From positions 61,082,464 through 61,146,463 of the forward strand of contig NC_043011.1 in the NCBI RefSeq assembly GCF_006345805.1: 64,000 nt of DNA, given 5' to 3'. The DNA is from Octopus sinensis. Its lineage: Eukaryota. Shown here piece after piece: positions 26,496-40,638 of this stretch. The notes under the pieces were generated by a model. That model was not told the DNA's origin and did not search any database. It saw only the letters and a list, made by a program, of their open reading frames with translations. Every line of letters starts with the position of its first letter. The stretch's first letter is position 1. A program made the position numbers and the translations under genes.

Positions 26496-27169
26496 ACAGT
26501 TGTTATAGTATCAATGTTACAGTTGTGTAGTTACAAAGTTTACCTAGAAACAATGTGGTTTTGAGTTCGACCCCTCCCAGGGATCCTGATAAGCAGCCAC
26601 AACTCATATGCAATACTCACATCTGTTACTTAATACTTGTGGTTTCGATAGAGCAAATGAAGGATTCTCTATGCAGTGACCCGACTTTCTAACTATAGCA
26701 GCCAATTCTCCCTCAGATCAAACCATGTAATCATAGAAAATTATTGACTGGTTACCTTGACAACCCCTTTTCTTTGCCACAAATCAACCTGTCGGTACTC
26801 AGTTTGGTGACATATGTCATACTTTCGCTCGTTGTGTTTGGTAACCCCGTGTAGGCATAGACACCATCTCAGGCACCTCACCCTTGACTTAGAAGCGCAT
26901 CCAACTTGTGACAAGTGAAGAGGGAGAGAGAGCGACAGAGGAAGAGAGATAGAGAAAGGAAAACCTGCAAAAGAGTACGGCTGTTCGTCCTTTATATTTG
27001 AATGTGAAACATTCTGACATGAAATGCATTGTTCAATGACACGACAGGAATTGAACCCACGACTTTATCATCCAGTGCCAAACACCTAGTCATTAGGCTA
27101 CACCCTTTCACATCACAAGCCAATAATTTTGATTAAGGCATACATGATTGAGCTCATTGATGGTTTAAG

Positions 27170-27900
27170 ATTGGAATATCTGAAACCAAGCTGTTCTGTT
27201 CGAGATCGGGTCTAACTTGTGTTCAAACAGTTTCATACTACAGTACTATAACTGTCTCTCTTGTTTGGTGTTATCTGGTCTCGTACCTTACCCATTCATG
27301 CATGACTCGCCTTTCCAACTCTCACCGTTTAAACCACAAATCACAGTCCTTCTTCTCTTGAGCATTGACCCACAAAAATATTCTCTCCATTCAGATCATC
27401 TCTGCAGACGTTGAGCTGCAACTATTTAAAGCGAAACTTTGACGTCATCAAACAGCGGTTTCAGATGATGTACAAAAGACCTCGGCAACCACTGCACCGC
27501 TTCTTCCAAACACAGCAACTAACATCAACACACCACTCAAAAAAAACAAAACCTAAAAGATGAACGACAGTGGGCTTCGCAAAAAACATCTCAATTTGCT
27601 TAATTAGCACAACAATGTCCCAGTTTTAAGTGCATAAGCTGTCACCCTATTTATGTAAATAGTAGCTAAATCTTTGTTATAGACTTAAAATCGGTTCCAG
27701 ATGTAAATATTGGTTTATTGTGCATTGTCTCTCTTCCAATTTAGTGTCACTGTATCTAGAACACGTCACACATCAATCATTGATTCCGCCTCCCCAACTC
27801 CACATTTCACGCTTAATATTTCTTCTACAACAGCCCCGCCCCTCTATCACCTGACAATTTTCCTCAAGCTTTTACGAAACCCGCTTCTGAACCGTTAAAA
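27170..27900 (+). pseudogene. Old LINE RT 3' remnant
   Basis: LKPSCSVRD motif at the start. CCCCGCCCTCTATCAC near 27835 matches GACCCGCCCTCTTCAAC of the LINE at ~790. Confidence 0.4.
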
Positions 27901-27913
27901 GACAAATCTATCT

Positions 27914-27966
<53 letters not shown>

Positions 27967-28816
27967 ACTATCTGTGTCTCTGTCTGTCTGTCTGTCTCTG
28001 TCAATAGTACAGTAATGCATTCTATAATTTCTCTAATTACTTCTTGAAAATTTTCTATGGAATGACACAGTTTTCTGGCAATAAAATTGTTTTATTTCAT
28101 GTTATTGGTTTAAAACTTTTCTTTCCTTTTTAAAATTTCAAAAGAAAGAATCACATTATACGGTATTTCTGTCTTTAGACAATGAAATAAATTGCTTCTA
28201 TTATTTATTTTTCGTTTATACCCTTTCGAAACTTTAAATATAAGTAGTTAATGGGGAAAAAATTGCTGATTTTAACCTCGTTTATTTATTTTTTCTCTTG
28301 TCAAATAGTTCTATTTTTGTGAGACAACAGAAGACATTATCTGACATTCCTAACAAAATACAAAATACTTGAAAATCGCGTTGTTTTATATCAAGTGTAA
28401 AATCTGATTTGGTTTCAAATCACACAAGACTAAACAGCATTGACATTCTTGGCAACACACTCGAGTCAGTGGTCCACCCATTCCAGCGTAGTCACATCCG
28501 GCTTCCTTTTTTCTGTTTTGTTCCTAGACTAGAAAAGACTGTAGTCCTCGAATAATCGGCCTCGTACCAGCTGAACAAAGGCCACTTTGACTCATTTATT
28601 TATGTCCTTATTGTCAACCATATTGGGTCCATTATGACCAGCCAATCCTACTTTCTTGACAATTCGCTCTTCTTGTCTCTACCATAGCAAGAGCCACATT
28701 TCACACAGAGTACACACACACACACACACACCACACACACACACACACGCACGCACGCACAACACACACACACACCACACACACGAGTCACAATATGTAT
28801 ATATATCTATATAAGT

Positions 28817-29135
28817 GAAGGTGCCTGGCTCAGTGGTTAGAGCGTCGGGCTCACAACCATGAGGTGATGAGTTCTATTTTAGATCGAGCCTGTTTTGTGT
28901 TCTTGAGCAAGACCCTTTATTTCACGTTGCTTCAGTTCACTTGGCTGTAGAAATGATTTTTGACATCACTGGTGCCAAGCTGTATCGGCCTTTAACTTTC
29001 ACTTAGACAACATCAGTGGCGTAGAACAGAGACGCTGGTATGCATGACCGACAGTTGGTTTTCCATAAAGAACCTTGCCTGAAATTGTGCTTCGGAGAGG
29101 AACTGTCTAGCTGCAATAGCATGGTCATTCGTGAC
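28817..29135 (+). mobile_element. tRNA-derived SINE family 3 (CORE-like)
   Basis: TGGCTCAGTGGTTAGAGCG A-box, GAGTTCTATT B-box-like, then TCTTGAGCAAGAC CORE-like segment. Confidence 0.7.
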
Positions 29136-29511
29136 CTTTACATATTATCTTTATACGCATCTATATCTTGTTATAACGATGACTAAGTATCAAGGCACAT
29201 CAAATCGTAGGACGTCAGAAATGGCTAGTGCAATACGAGACGAGAAAAACAGCCAACAACCGATGAAGGGTCATTCTTTATGTTGTTTGTTTTGTTTTCC
29301 ATTTGTGTCTTTCGTTGTTCGGAACAATAGTTCATGTACCACGTACTCGTGCTTCGTATTTTTTTGTTTGTACACATTTCGTGACGTCCTGTGCCCACAT
29401 ATGCATATATATATATACGTATAGATGTAAATATGTACATATACGTATGCATATATTCATATATATATTATTTATATTGTATATATATATATATGGATAC
29501 ATACATACTAC

Positions 29512-29560
<49 letters not shown>

Positions 29561-29889
29561 CCATATACATATATATATACATATATTGTATTTATATATA
29601 TACACATATATATATATATTTATATATATACACATATATATTTATATATATATATACATATATATTAATATTTATACATATATATATATGTATATATATT
29701 TATATACATACATATATATGTATGTATATATACATACATACATATATGCAAACATACATACATATATAGATATCGTGTGTGTGCATATGTATGTTTTAAA
29801 TCAGCCACGCCCACCTCAACTACTGACAAAGAAACAGTAGAGTCACTTCTCGTCTGTATGAATGAGTTTTTCTTGTCCCAACTTTTTCT

Positions 29890-30515
29890 TCCCTCCAAAA
29901 ATATTAGAACATTTTAGCCCTTGTATTTAGTAATCACACCAACACAATACACAGTATTTCAGTGGCAAAAAACTCTACTTTCAGACCACGACGTGGTTCT
30001 CTGTAACCTGAGATTCTGCCAGCCGAAAGTTAACGCTAGTGTCCTCTTTGAAGCTCATCGAATTGACACCATGGATCTCTAAGAAACCGACTGGGACGCA
30101 ATCATAAATGACCTATCACATGTTGACTGGTCTTTCACACATGCACACACCTTCTCCAGCATCAAAATATTTTGGCAGATCTTTGAAGACACTGTCACAA
30201 ACATATGTGCTAAACACACCCCACTAACTAAGTGCAGAATTCACCAAAACAGAAAAACGGTTATCAGAACAAACAAACAAAATAACAAACAAAAATACTG
30301 CCAACAGCCACACATAAATTCGACGGCTGTCACTTTGCTTGAATCAAAGGAATATAATCTCCAACAGTGCTTGTAGGCCATCATCAAAAACCAAAAAAAC
30401 AGCCGAGAAGCAATGGACCGTGCAGAACTCGGCCCCAAAGTGTTCTTCTGTTTTGCAAATAAATACAAGATCATTGTCTCAAATGTTGGCCCGCTAATTG
30501 ATGAAAATCTCCAAG
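29890..30515 (+). pseudogene. LINE ORF2 fragment (end of APE endonuclease and linker)
   Basis: ILALVFSNH...LLSDHDVV (DLVFxN...SDH motif), TDWDAI, PKVFFCFANK, VGPLIDEN. Confidence 0.65.
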
Positions 30516-30518
30516 ATG

Positions 30519-30794
30519 ATACATTATTTACATTATTTACATTCGGCGGATATTTGTCCTCGTCTTGTTTGTTTGTTAACACAACGTTTCGGTTGATACA
30601 CCCTCCAGCCTTCAACAGGTATCTTAGGGAAATTTCGAACCTGGGTTCTCATATCTAATGTATTTTTCGTTGTTATTATTATTATTATTATTATTATCAT
30701 TATTATTATTACCATTATTCATGTCACTGCCTGGAGTCGAACTCGGATTTTTGGGGTTAGTAGCCTGCGCTCTTAACCACTACGCCATATGCCC
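30519..30794 (-). mobile_element. tRNA-derived SINE family 4 carrying a hammerhead-like motif (30579-30622)
   Basis: Minus strand: GGCATATGGCGTAGTGGTTAAGAGCGC...GAGTTCGACTCC head, (AAT)n, ATAC-CTGTTGA-AGGCTG..CAACC-GAAAC-GTT-GTGT, tail of AATGTAAAT repeats. Confidence 0.7.
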
Positions 30795-30854
30795 GTGGAT
30801 TAAATAGTATGTGCCTTGTTAAGGAATATATCCTTTTGTTCTCTATATTTGTTT

Positions 30855-31299
30855 CACTCATCTGACTACGGCCATGCTGGGGCACCGCCTTTAGTCGAAT
30901 AAATTATTATTTTTTGTAACCTTAGTACTTATTCTAACGGTTACTTTTGCCGAGTCGCTATGTTACAGGGACGTAACCACACCAACATCGTTTGCCAACC
31001 CATGGTGGGGGGACAAACACAGACTCACAAATACATACATACATACATACGTACATATATATATGCCATGTTGGACCGTTAGCTCCTACATGCATTTTTC
31101 TCTCCTTGTTTCTCTCCTTGTTTCTTTTCTTTGTAGCTTTCTGTCGAAGAGCGTAGGCTCGAAATGTAAAAGACTTGTTTTATTTCTATTCCTAAGCGCT
31201 ATACTAATACATTTGTTTGTTTGTTCTACACCTGCCTTCGTCTTTTGTTTATTTTCGTAAACCTGCCTTCGTCTTTTGTTTATTTCGTATAACCTTCCC

Positions 31300-31374
<75 letters not shown>

Positions 31375-31517
31375 CGAGCTTCTTTCAGTTTCCATTTACC
31401 AAATCCACTTACAAGGCTTTGGTCGGCCCGAGAATGCTGGCGTCACGTAGTGGGACTGAACCCCAAACTATGTAGTTGAAAAGGAAGCTTCTTACCACAC
31501 AGCCACTCCTGCCTCTA
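30855..31517 (-). mobile_element. SINE family 2 split by a family-I-related element (31065-31300) in its internal microsatellite
   Basis: 3' half at 30855-31030 and 5' half at 31372-31517 match 43895-44287. Confidence 0.75.
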
Positions 31518-31672
31518 TTGAGAAGATAACATGCCACATGGCTTTGATTTCATTATCTAATAAGAGAAGAGATTTCACATTGCACTTATTAAATGATTAC
31601 GTCCCTACGTGACGTTGTATAAAATCTTCCAATGAAATCTTGACACGTATTCTCTTCGACATTTACTTCTTT

Positions 31673-31674
31673 TA

Positions 31675-31732
<58 letters not shown>

Positions 31733-31847
31733 TATTATTATCATCATCATCATCATCATCATCGTCGTCGTCGTCGTTGTCATCATCATCATCACCATTA
31801 TTATTATCATTATTGTTATTTTTATTATTATTGTTATTGTTATTATA

Positions 31848-31891
<44 letters not shown>

Positions 31892-31992
31892 CATCATTAT
31901 CATCATTATCATTATTGTTGTTGTTGTTGTTGTTGTTATTATTGTTATCGTTATTATTGTTGTTGTTGTTGTTATTATTCTTATTCTTATTC

Positions 31993-32023
<31 letters not shown>

Positions 32024-32098
32024 GTAGTAGTAGTAGTAGTTGTAGTATTTTTATTATTACTATAATTTTTATTATTATTATTGTTATCGTTGTTATTT
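31673..32098. repeat. Compound (ATT)/(ATC)/(GTT)/(AGT) microsatellite
   Basis: Directly visible. Confidence 0.9.
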
Positions 32099-32911
32099 TT
32101 TCTAGTGAACAGTATCAAACGCTACTGATATGTATGATTAAATAATATAGCAGCCACTTAATTAGATCTTCAACAGTAGTCCAAAGCCGGTTGTAAGTCA
32201 CACAAGTTAAACCCAGCAATCAAAATATCTGACGTCGTGATAAACTGATTTCAGAAAAAGATAAATCAGTTTGAGTTTTTATGCAGAAAACAAATTGGCC
32301 TCCTTATCTCTGCACAAACCATTCGGCTCGCTTTGTTCAACTGCACGTATCTGTTATCAATAGATAAGATGCCTTAAGTCGGTAACCTCTACACCGTTAA
32401 TATGAAAATAGAAAAAAATATATAAGGAATACTGACAAAAGATAAACGGAAGGAAGTATTTAATAGGTCGATTCTAGAAAATCCCAATTCGCAGAATAAT
32501 TAGCGATCTCGTGCATTGAATTTGATACATCGATTTTCATCTACAGTAAAAATACATACGAAAAATAAACAAATAGAGAGAAATGTTATTTTCTAGTTGG
32601 TTGGATGGGGGGGACGTTCGCAAGGAAGAAGAGCTGGATAGTTTGCTTTCATTTGTAATGTGTACTAAACACTGAGATCGGAATACAATGGTTGCGTGTT
32701 TCGATTGGAATTTTCTTTTTTAAATGTGTTATTTAATAAAGAAGAGAATATTGGGAACAGCCATGACCTTTGTAAAGCTTGTCTTCAATGTCGGCTTGAG
32801 CATCCGTAGGATAATGACCGCTACGAAGAAACCGTGAGTAAAAATAACAATAATAATAATCATCATGATGATGATAATAATGATAATAATAATAATAATA
32901 ATAATAATAAT

Positions 32912-32942
<31 letters not shown>

Positions 32943-33285
32943 CACAAAAAGAAATACAGAAAGGTGCATATGAATATAAAGTTTGAACAAAGTATTTCAG
33001 CGGAGTATGAGACACCATGTACAGAAACCGGCAGAGACGTGGTTGGCTGTGAGACGGCTTGCTAGTTCAGAGAAAGTATAGCTATCAATAATTAGCAACA
33101 AGTGACACAAATGGAATTCACAATCCATCTGCGAGTCAAAGGTTATAACGTTCTGGGTGAGAGATTCTTTGACATAAAAGAGATCCTTATGTATTTTAGA
33201 ATTACAATACAACTTCAACCCAAAACAGCACCCTAATACATTTAATACACACACACACTCACACATTCAATTTCAATACACATGC

Positions 33286-33320
<35 letters not shown>

Positions 33321-33359
33321 ATATATATCTTATATTATATATATATATATATGTTATAT

Positions 33360-33690
33360 TTAATGGCTAAAACACCACTATGTGGACAGCCATATGCTAG
33401 AAATAGATCACCTACGATCAAACTACAAACAAAGAATGTTCTCTAGAGAAAAATCAGCGGACACCAGAACAATAGGCAGGCAAGACAGATGAAAATTATT
33501 TAAAAATCAAGAATTAATCTCATACCGGTTTCGTCTATTAACGAATAAATCACTTACGTAATCCTTCATCCGTAGGACTCATCCGTACGATCGTTCCAAA
33601 ATCAATATAATTATTTTAGCCCTTAAAATATACACATGTATTAGAATTTTCTCTGACTTTTCAGATTTTTGTATGCTAGGCTACTGGTTT
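33360..33690 (-). mobile_element. Family H element with a decayed hammerhead-like core and long stem II
   Basis: Minus strand CTGAAAA-GTC...(~120 nt)...GAC-GAAAC-CG-GTA with palindromic ACCGGT. Adjacent to (TA)n. Confidence 0.4.
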
Positions 33691-33772
33691 TAAATTAATG
33701 TTCAATTTATCTCCCTCATTATTTAAATATCTATCTATCTATCTATCTATCTATCTACACACACACACAAAA

Positions 33773-33864
<92 letters not shown>

Positions 33865-33865
<1 letters not shown>

Positions 33866-34063
33866 TCTTTTCAACATATAACCGCGTGTATATAGTTGGC
33901 GATTTCTTCCTCCGTCTTCACTTCCTTTGGACTTTCCGCTATTTCTGAAAAAAAAAAGCTTTCCTCGAAACATTAAATCCTCTTTCCTTCTTTTCCTGAG
34001 CGTCTGATAATACAGTAATTGTACCACGTCCTCGCGTTATTGTTTTTTCTTTGTTTGGATTCA
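33865..34063 (+). mobile_element. Family I copy with decayed core, between (TA)n tracts
   Basis: ACCGCGTGT...GTTGGCGATTT...CCTCCGTCTT...CCACGTCCTCGCGTT, as in 17120-17305. Confidence 0.7.
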
Positions 34064-34088
34064 ATATATATATATATATATATATATA

Positions 34089-34261
34089 GTTGCAGCGTGG
34101 AAGGTGTTTGTAAGCTATTTAAGAAACACACAAAAGCCGTTCGATTCACTTCAACAGTTAAGTTTAATTTGTCAAAATATTTTCGTCGCTAAAATCCGCG
34201 ACCTGTTCACTGACAAAAATCCGTGGTGCATCACTTGCTATGCGAGTACATCTCCGTAATA
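34089..34261. mobile_element. Family C element with two diverging arms and a variant hammerhead-like fold (34168-34217, minus)
   Basis: Left part is inverted relative to 10690-10771 and the right end is collinear with 10808-10836. Minus strand TTTGTCA-GTGAACAG-GTCGC..GCGAC-GAAA-ATATTT-TGACAAA. Confidence 0.65.
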
Positions 34262-34312
34262 TATATATTATATAATATATATACAATATATACTTATGAT
34301 ATGTATATATAG

Positions 34313-34356
<44 letters not shown>

Positions 34357-34470
34357 ATATATCTATGATATATATATATATATATATATGCATATATATA
34401 TAAGCATATATATCTATATAGTATCGAGCACTGTATCAACATATACACATAAAGGCACACACACACATAC

Positions 34471-34503
<33 letters not shown>

Positions 34504-34908
34504 AAGTAAAACGTGTATTTATATATAATATATAATACAGTTAATTATACACAGCTTCCCCTTTTTACACCGATCTTGTTTAATTATTCGAGTTAATTAG
34601 GTAGCTTCGGTATCTTCATATCCACAGTAAATCAATTTTAAATTGACCACCGATATTATTTCTATAATATCTAAAAAAAATCTTCTTTAGTAGACGGAGA
34701 TAGAAACCAAAGCCTTGACCTTTGAGTATTACTGGCACAAGCTCTATAACTCCAGAATGATTGAACGTTTTGCAACACGTAGTATAATGATGCATGCAAC
34801 TTATATATTCGAAGCCATATATTGAAGTTCTTTGTACCAACGCAAATCTGCTTATCTTGCGAAATATTGGAGAAACAATGATACTACTACTACTACTACT
34901 ACTACTAC

Positions 34909-34947
<39 letters not shown>

Positions 34948-35357
34948 TAATCTATAGAATCACACTAATTTGTTTCCATGAGAAAATTCGAATAATTAAT
35001 GACGTCATTGCATCTGAACGAACACAATTATTGGTAAATGAGTTGGAAGTAGCTCAAAAGTTATATGCCGAGATAATAAATGAATCGAATATTTATGTTT
35101 TATTTCTGTGTTCCTGAATGAAGTGATATAAGACCAGTCCTGCTGTTAATGATATTAATTACAGAAAAAAGAAAAACAAAACCATCATGTGACATTAGGT
35201 GCCAATTGCTAGTTAATGGTTTTCCGATCTATGTTCATTAGGCAAAGTAATTTCAGTCCTATATTGTTATTTTTTTGATATGTCGCTTAATTAGTTCTTA
35301 TTATAATTTGATCAATCAAATGAGAAATTATTAAACACTATTGTTATTATATATATA

Positions 35358-35589
35358 TTTCGTTACTACCCACGAGGGGCTAAACACAGAGAGGACAAAC
35401 AAGGACAGAAAAAGGGATTAAGTCGATTACATCGACCCCAGTGCGTAACTGGTACTTAATTTATCGACCCCGAAAGGATGAAAGGCAAAGTCGACCTCGG
35501 CGGAATTTGCACTCGGAACGTAACGACAGACGAAATACAGCTATGCATTTCGCCCGGTGTGCTAACGATTCTACCAGCTCGCCGCCTTA
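35358..35589 (-). mobile_element. Full-length SINE family 1 copy
   Basis: Close reverse complement of 1877-2112. Confidence 0.87.
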
Positions 35590-35978
35590 TTGTTATATAT
35601 AGCTTATGTAGATTGCCTATCACTATAATTAACCATTGCTAGAAGAATGTCCAAGTTTATGAAGAGTCGTACATAACCGTTTCGGCATTGTCCGCTAAGT
35701 AAAAGTAGATTTTGAACAACCCTGTGGCACTTGGCTGTAAATCAATAGCACCAGACAGTGGGAGTAGCAAATACCTGTATATGTGGCACTAGCACCGGGC
35801 GACTTATGAGTATTTTGTTAGATTTTTGTGATAAATTCAACATTAGGAGTAGACTGAAGAGATTTAAGCTTCGTAAGGTTAACTTTGCCAGGATCTTAGA
35901 AAAATATGCGAACTTATAATGAATCCCGGACTGTTTCTATTAATAAAGTACGAACAACATCTGGATGGAAACAAATTG

Positions 35979-36275
35979 AATAGTAAAGAATAAAAAGGTT
36001 TGAATGGTACCACAAAGCACTATAATAGAAAAACAATGGGCAATACAAAAACCTGTTGTAATTTATCATTCATAGTCTGATAATATTTCGGAATAAAGTT
36101 TCTAAGAATATCTAAAGAAGGAATTTTATTACGAAATATCATATCAGACAATGGATGACTAAATTACAACAGGAATATAGCTCATTGTCTGTTTTATAGT
36201 GCATTGTTGTACCATTCAAAACTTTTTATTCTTTACAAACAATACACAATGCTTCAAGCAAACTACAATACTCTC
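35979..36275. mobile_element. Fold-back element family E with a decayed hammerhead-like core (36108-36144)
   Basis: ~35982-36095 is an imperfect inverted copy of ~36125-36236. Second copy at ~52435-52588. Inferred consensus ATAT-CTGAAGA-AGGAAT ATT ATTCC-GAAA-TA-TC. Confidence 0.6.
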
Positions 36276-36824
36276 CTAAATTGAAGAGTGTTTTGTTTGT
36301 GTATTTAGTTTGCCAAATTCTTGATGTGAAATCGTCTATTGAAACAGATTTTGTTGTATCATGAGGTCATTATGACAACCTTAAACACACGCACTGATTC
36401 CATTTCACTTATTGTTTTTAGCTAATAAGTTTAGGCGGTGATCGGGCAGAGTGCTGAGAACGTAGTGGATTCCTGTAAAGGCGTCCAAGTTGCTAAGTAG
36501 AAATATCAAGGCAGGAAACGAATTAAGTCTACAACAGTTCTGAAGTTATACATACATACAAATATCAATCAAGGACAATTTTCACTTCTACTTTTTCCTT
36601 TCATGCCTGAAACATATAACACCTTTGTGAAAACCTCTCCTTCTTGTGCTTTCCTTGCTGTTTTTCCTTCATCGCACACATGCATCATACATAAATACAT
36701 AATACATACATACATACATACATACATACATACATGCTCTCATCTATGAGTCCGCTACGTCTTTCTTATTATCACTCTGTGCTCGTATATTCAGTTCTAC
36801 ACAAGGTTGTTAGTTTCGCAATGA

Positions 36825-36902
<78 letters not shown>

Positions 36903-37574
36903 TCATTCCACTCTTCGTTCTTTTCATTTCCCCTCTCTCACATTTCTTTGCTTTTTCTTATTCGCTTTCCCTCCACTTTTCGCTTCACTGTGTCCCTGTC
37001 GTTTTCTCTTCCCCCTCCTTAATTATTCTGTCCCTCTGCTCCTACTTCTCTCTCTTCTCTTCCCACGTGACCAATTGGCTAGCCTGCTCTTTCATTTTCG
37101 GTCTCACCGTGTCCGTGCAACATCGATATTCTTCCCCGAGTTTGTGAAACATTTGTATCTCTGCCGCAAGGCTTCATCTCCTCACGCGCCAGCTTAATTC
37201 AATTCGTCCTTAGTCGAAAGACACTCACTATTATGTCCTGTTATTATTTTTATTGTATTTAAATTTGTGCAACATTGTCCGTTTATTCCGTCCTTGTTTT
37301 TGTATACATTCGCTGCTTTCTTCCAAGGAATCTAATGCTCTTAGTTTAGTTTTTTCTTGGGGCTGGCCAGATTGGAGCAATCGCTAAAAATAATCAGCCG
37401 AAATTGCGAGGATAATCTGGTTCTTGACTGAAGATATAAAACTTCGAATGACCCGTTCTTTTTTTGTTTGTTTGTTTGTATTATCGTCTATCTGGATGTT
37501 GTGTTGTCCCCTTTTTGTATCACATAGTTGTCCGGATGTTTTGCGTTCCCATATTCTATTTTATATTATATATA

Positions 37575-37637
<63 letters not shown>

Positions 37638-38084
37638 CAAGGCGGCATCACAAGTTGCCAGACTACTTCTTTAAGTATTAACTAAGGATTGTATTGATGA
37701 CAAAAATTGGATGGTACTCGAAACCAAAGTGTATTGATGAAGGTATGCTACACTATTCGTCCCATACCGAATTTCGATAAGATATCATCAACTATACAAC
37801 TCAACTTACAATTTAGTAAAGAATATTGTTAATTGCGCGTGTATGGATTACAGGGTGTAGAGCTTAAAGGTGGGAAATTCTCCATACATATGTTTTCCAA
37901 GCCAATCTAAAAATGTCTTATGTCATAAGGACCTACAATCACCGTTATTCCTGCCTGAAGAAATACTCAACTGTGTACATATGTGGGTTACATATTTGTG
38001 ATACGTAAGATATGATGAGATTGGTTCGGTAACATATGTGATACATATTTACCTTTTGGCTCCTCTCCACCGTTTAATATATAT

Positions 38085-38129
<45 letters not shown>

Positions 38130-38479
38130 GAAATATATATGCATACATACATATATTTATTTGTGATGTGTATGCGCATATATAAATTAATCATCAAAAT
38201 GAATGGTATTCTTTAAAAGATTCGACTGTGTGTTTTAAAAAACCTCTCAACACTTATTCGATTGCATTTTGGACGATCTTACAAATAGATGTTAAAAATA
38301 AAAGTTCCAACAATGAAACGTATATTCTTTCTCTGTTGCAAAAGGAAATTGAAGACACCATATTAGTGAAACTAATACCATTGTATTGCATCAAAGAAAT
38401 CCACCAACGCGGTCGACACCATAAACACCACCACTACCACCACAACCACCACCACCACACCACCACCACCACCACCACC

Positions 38480-38511
<32 letters not shown>

Positions 38512-38581
38512 ATCATCTTCACCATCGTCATCATCATCATCATTATCATCATCATTATCATCATCACCATTATTATTATTA

Positions 38582-38639
<58 letters not shown>

Positions 38640-39066
38640 CATCATTATTATTATTATTGCTGTTAATGTTATCACATATACGGAAAATATGGATTTCTAT
38701 TAATCTAAAAGGACAAAAAATGTTTTTATCATATATGCTGTAATACACGCAGGCACACATACACATATACATCCATACATACATATCGACATCGATACTT
38801 ACATACATACACTCATGTATGCATGTATATATATATGCATGTGTGCCTGTATGCAATTCTGTATTGGGGAGACGTCATCGGGAATCTTGTCACCAACACC
38901 AAAAACCAAGAATCAACAATTACAATTCTAGCTGCGAGAAACTCATGACACCCAACAGAGAGTCACGGCGCCGCACACATTTATATATTCATACAAACAC
39001 GTACAGACACGCACATGCATACACGCACTTGTATATATACATATATTCATATATAAATATATATAC

Positions 39067-39114
<48 letters not shown>

Positions 39115-39260
39115 TTATATATGAATATATGTACATATATACATATATATTATATTATATAATGTATATATATAATATATATTATATATATATATATATA
39201 TATATTATAAAACTTACTTCGAAATGGATGCTGGCATTCGATCATATAATAATGTAAATG

Positions 39261-39333
<73 letters not shown>

Positions 39334-39343
39334 TTATATATAT

Positions 39344-39386
<43 letters not shown>

Positions 39387-40129
39387 AATATATACAGGCA
39401 TACATGCACATGCCTACATATATATGTACATATACATGAATATATGGGTATAGGACGTCAAAAAAGACGTGAACGAAATGAGAAACGAGAACATAAAAAA
39501 CAAAAGCACGGAAAATGGACATTTTTTCAAACAACGAAAGAAACAAAAAGAGAAACGAGACAGGTAACATAATGAACATTCCTTTCATCAGTTGTCCCCT
39601 CTTTTATCTACTCCGCGTTTGGAAGTACACCTATATGTGTGTGTATGTACGTATGTATATATATTGTATGTGTTTATAATAAGTGGAGTGTATATAAAAA
39701 TAGAGTAAATGTAAATAAAAATACACAGAATAAAGGCCATTTAAAATTTTTCTCTCTCTCTCACCTTGATTATGTCACATGTTTTATAACAAAGTTATGA
39801 CGTAGAGAAAGAATTCGATGTGCAAGAGGAGAGAAAAGCACAACAGCCACAACGGTAACAAGAACAAACGTTAGTACCACCACCACCACCACAAGTACAA
39901 GAACAAAGCAGATACTTGCATTGTGAAATGCTATAAACAGCAATAATGATATGAGGTAAGAAGAAAATGGAGAAAGACAACTATAACAGCGAAAAGTGGG
40001 AAAAAAAAACAAAAACGTATTAGCAACTTAAAATAATACGAAAGCGCACCTGCGTTCATTCAAGAATTCACTTCATAGATTTATGAACGACGAGGCGTGG
40101 TAGTAGTAGTAGTCGTAGTTGTAGTAGTT

Positions 40130-40162
<33 letters not shown>

Positions 40163-40229
40163 GCAAAATAGCAATAACAATAATAATAGCAATAATAATA
40201 TTAATAGAGTTAATAAATAATAATAATCA

Positions 40230-40261
<32 letters not shown>

Positions 40262-40309
40262 TTACTACTACTTCTACTGCTACTTCTGCTACTTCTACTG
40301 CTACTGCTG

Positions 40310-40354
<45 letters not shown>

Positions 40355-40603
40355 ATGATAATTAGAAAACAGTGTTATTAGGTACACCTAGGATACGTAT
40401 GACGGTTCATGGAATCTAAGGCTATTTGATGTAGCCCGATGTCAGGATTCTTTTCCAGCAGTCTAATCTGTTGTGTGTATAAAATAATAATAACAATAAT
40501 AATAATAATAATAATAATGATAATAATAATAATAATAATAATAATAATCATAGTAATAAAAATAATGTAAAAACAAAAACAATTCCTATCATAGTGGGCG
40601 CAT

Positions 40604-40636
<33 letters not shown>

Positions 40637-40638
<2 letters not shown>

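Noticed and set aside
28817-28890. tRNA gene-like sequences (also 30724-30794, 1877-1965)
   Set aside because: A/B boxes are present but there is no complete cloverleaf, and each continues into a SINE body, so they are SINE heads.
39575-39625. Possible type II permuted hammerhead on the minus strand
   Set aside because: GAAA reads CAAA and stem I does not pair; not supportable from this copy.
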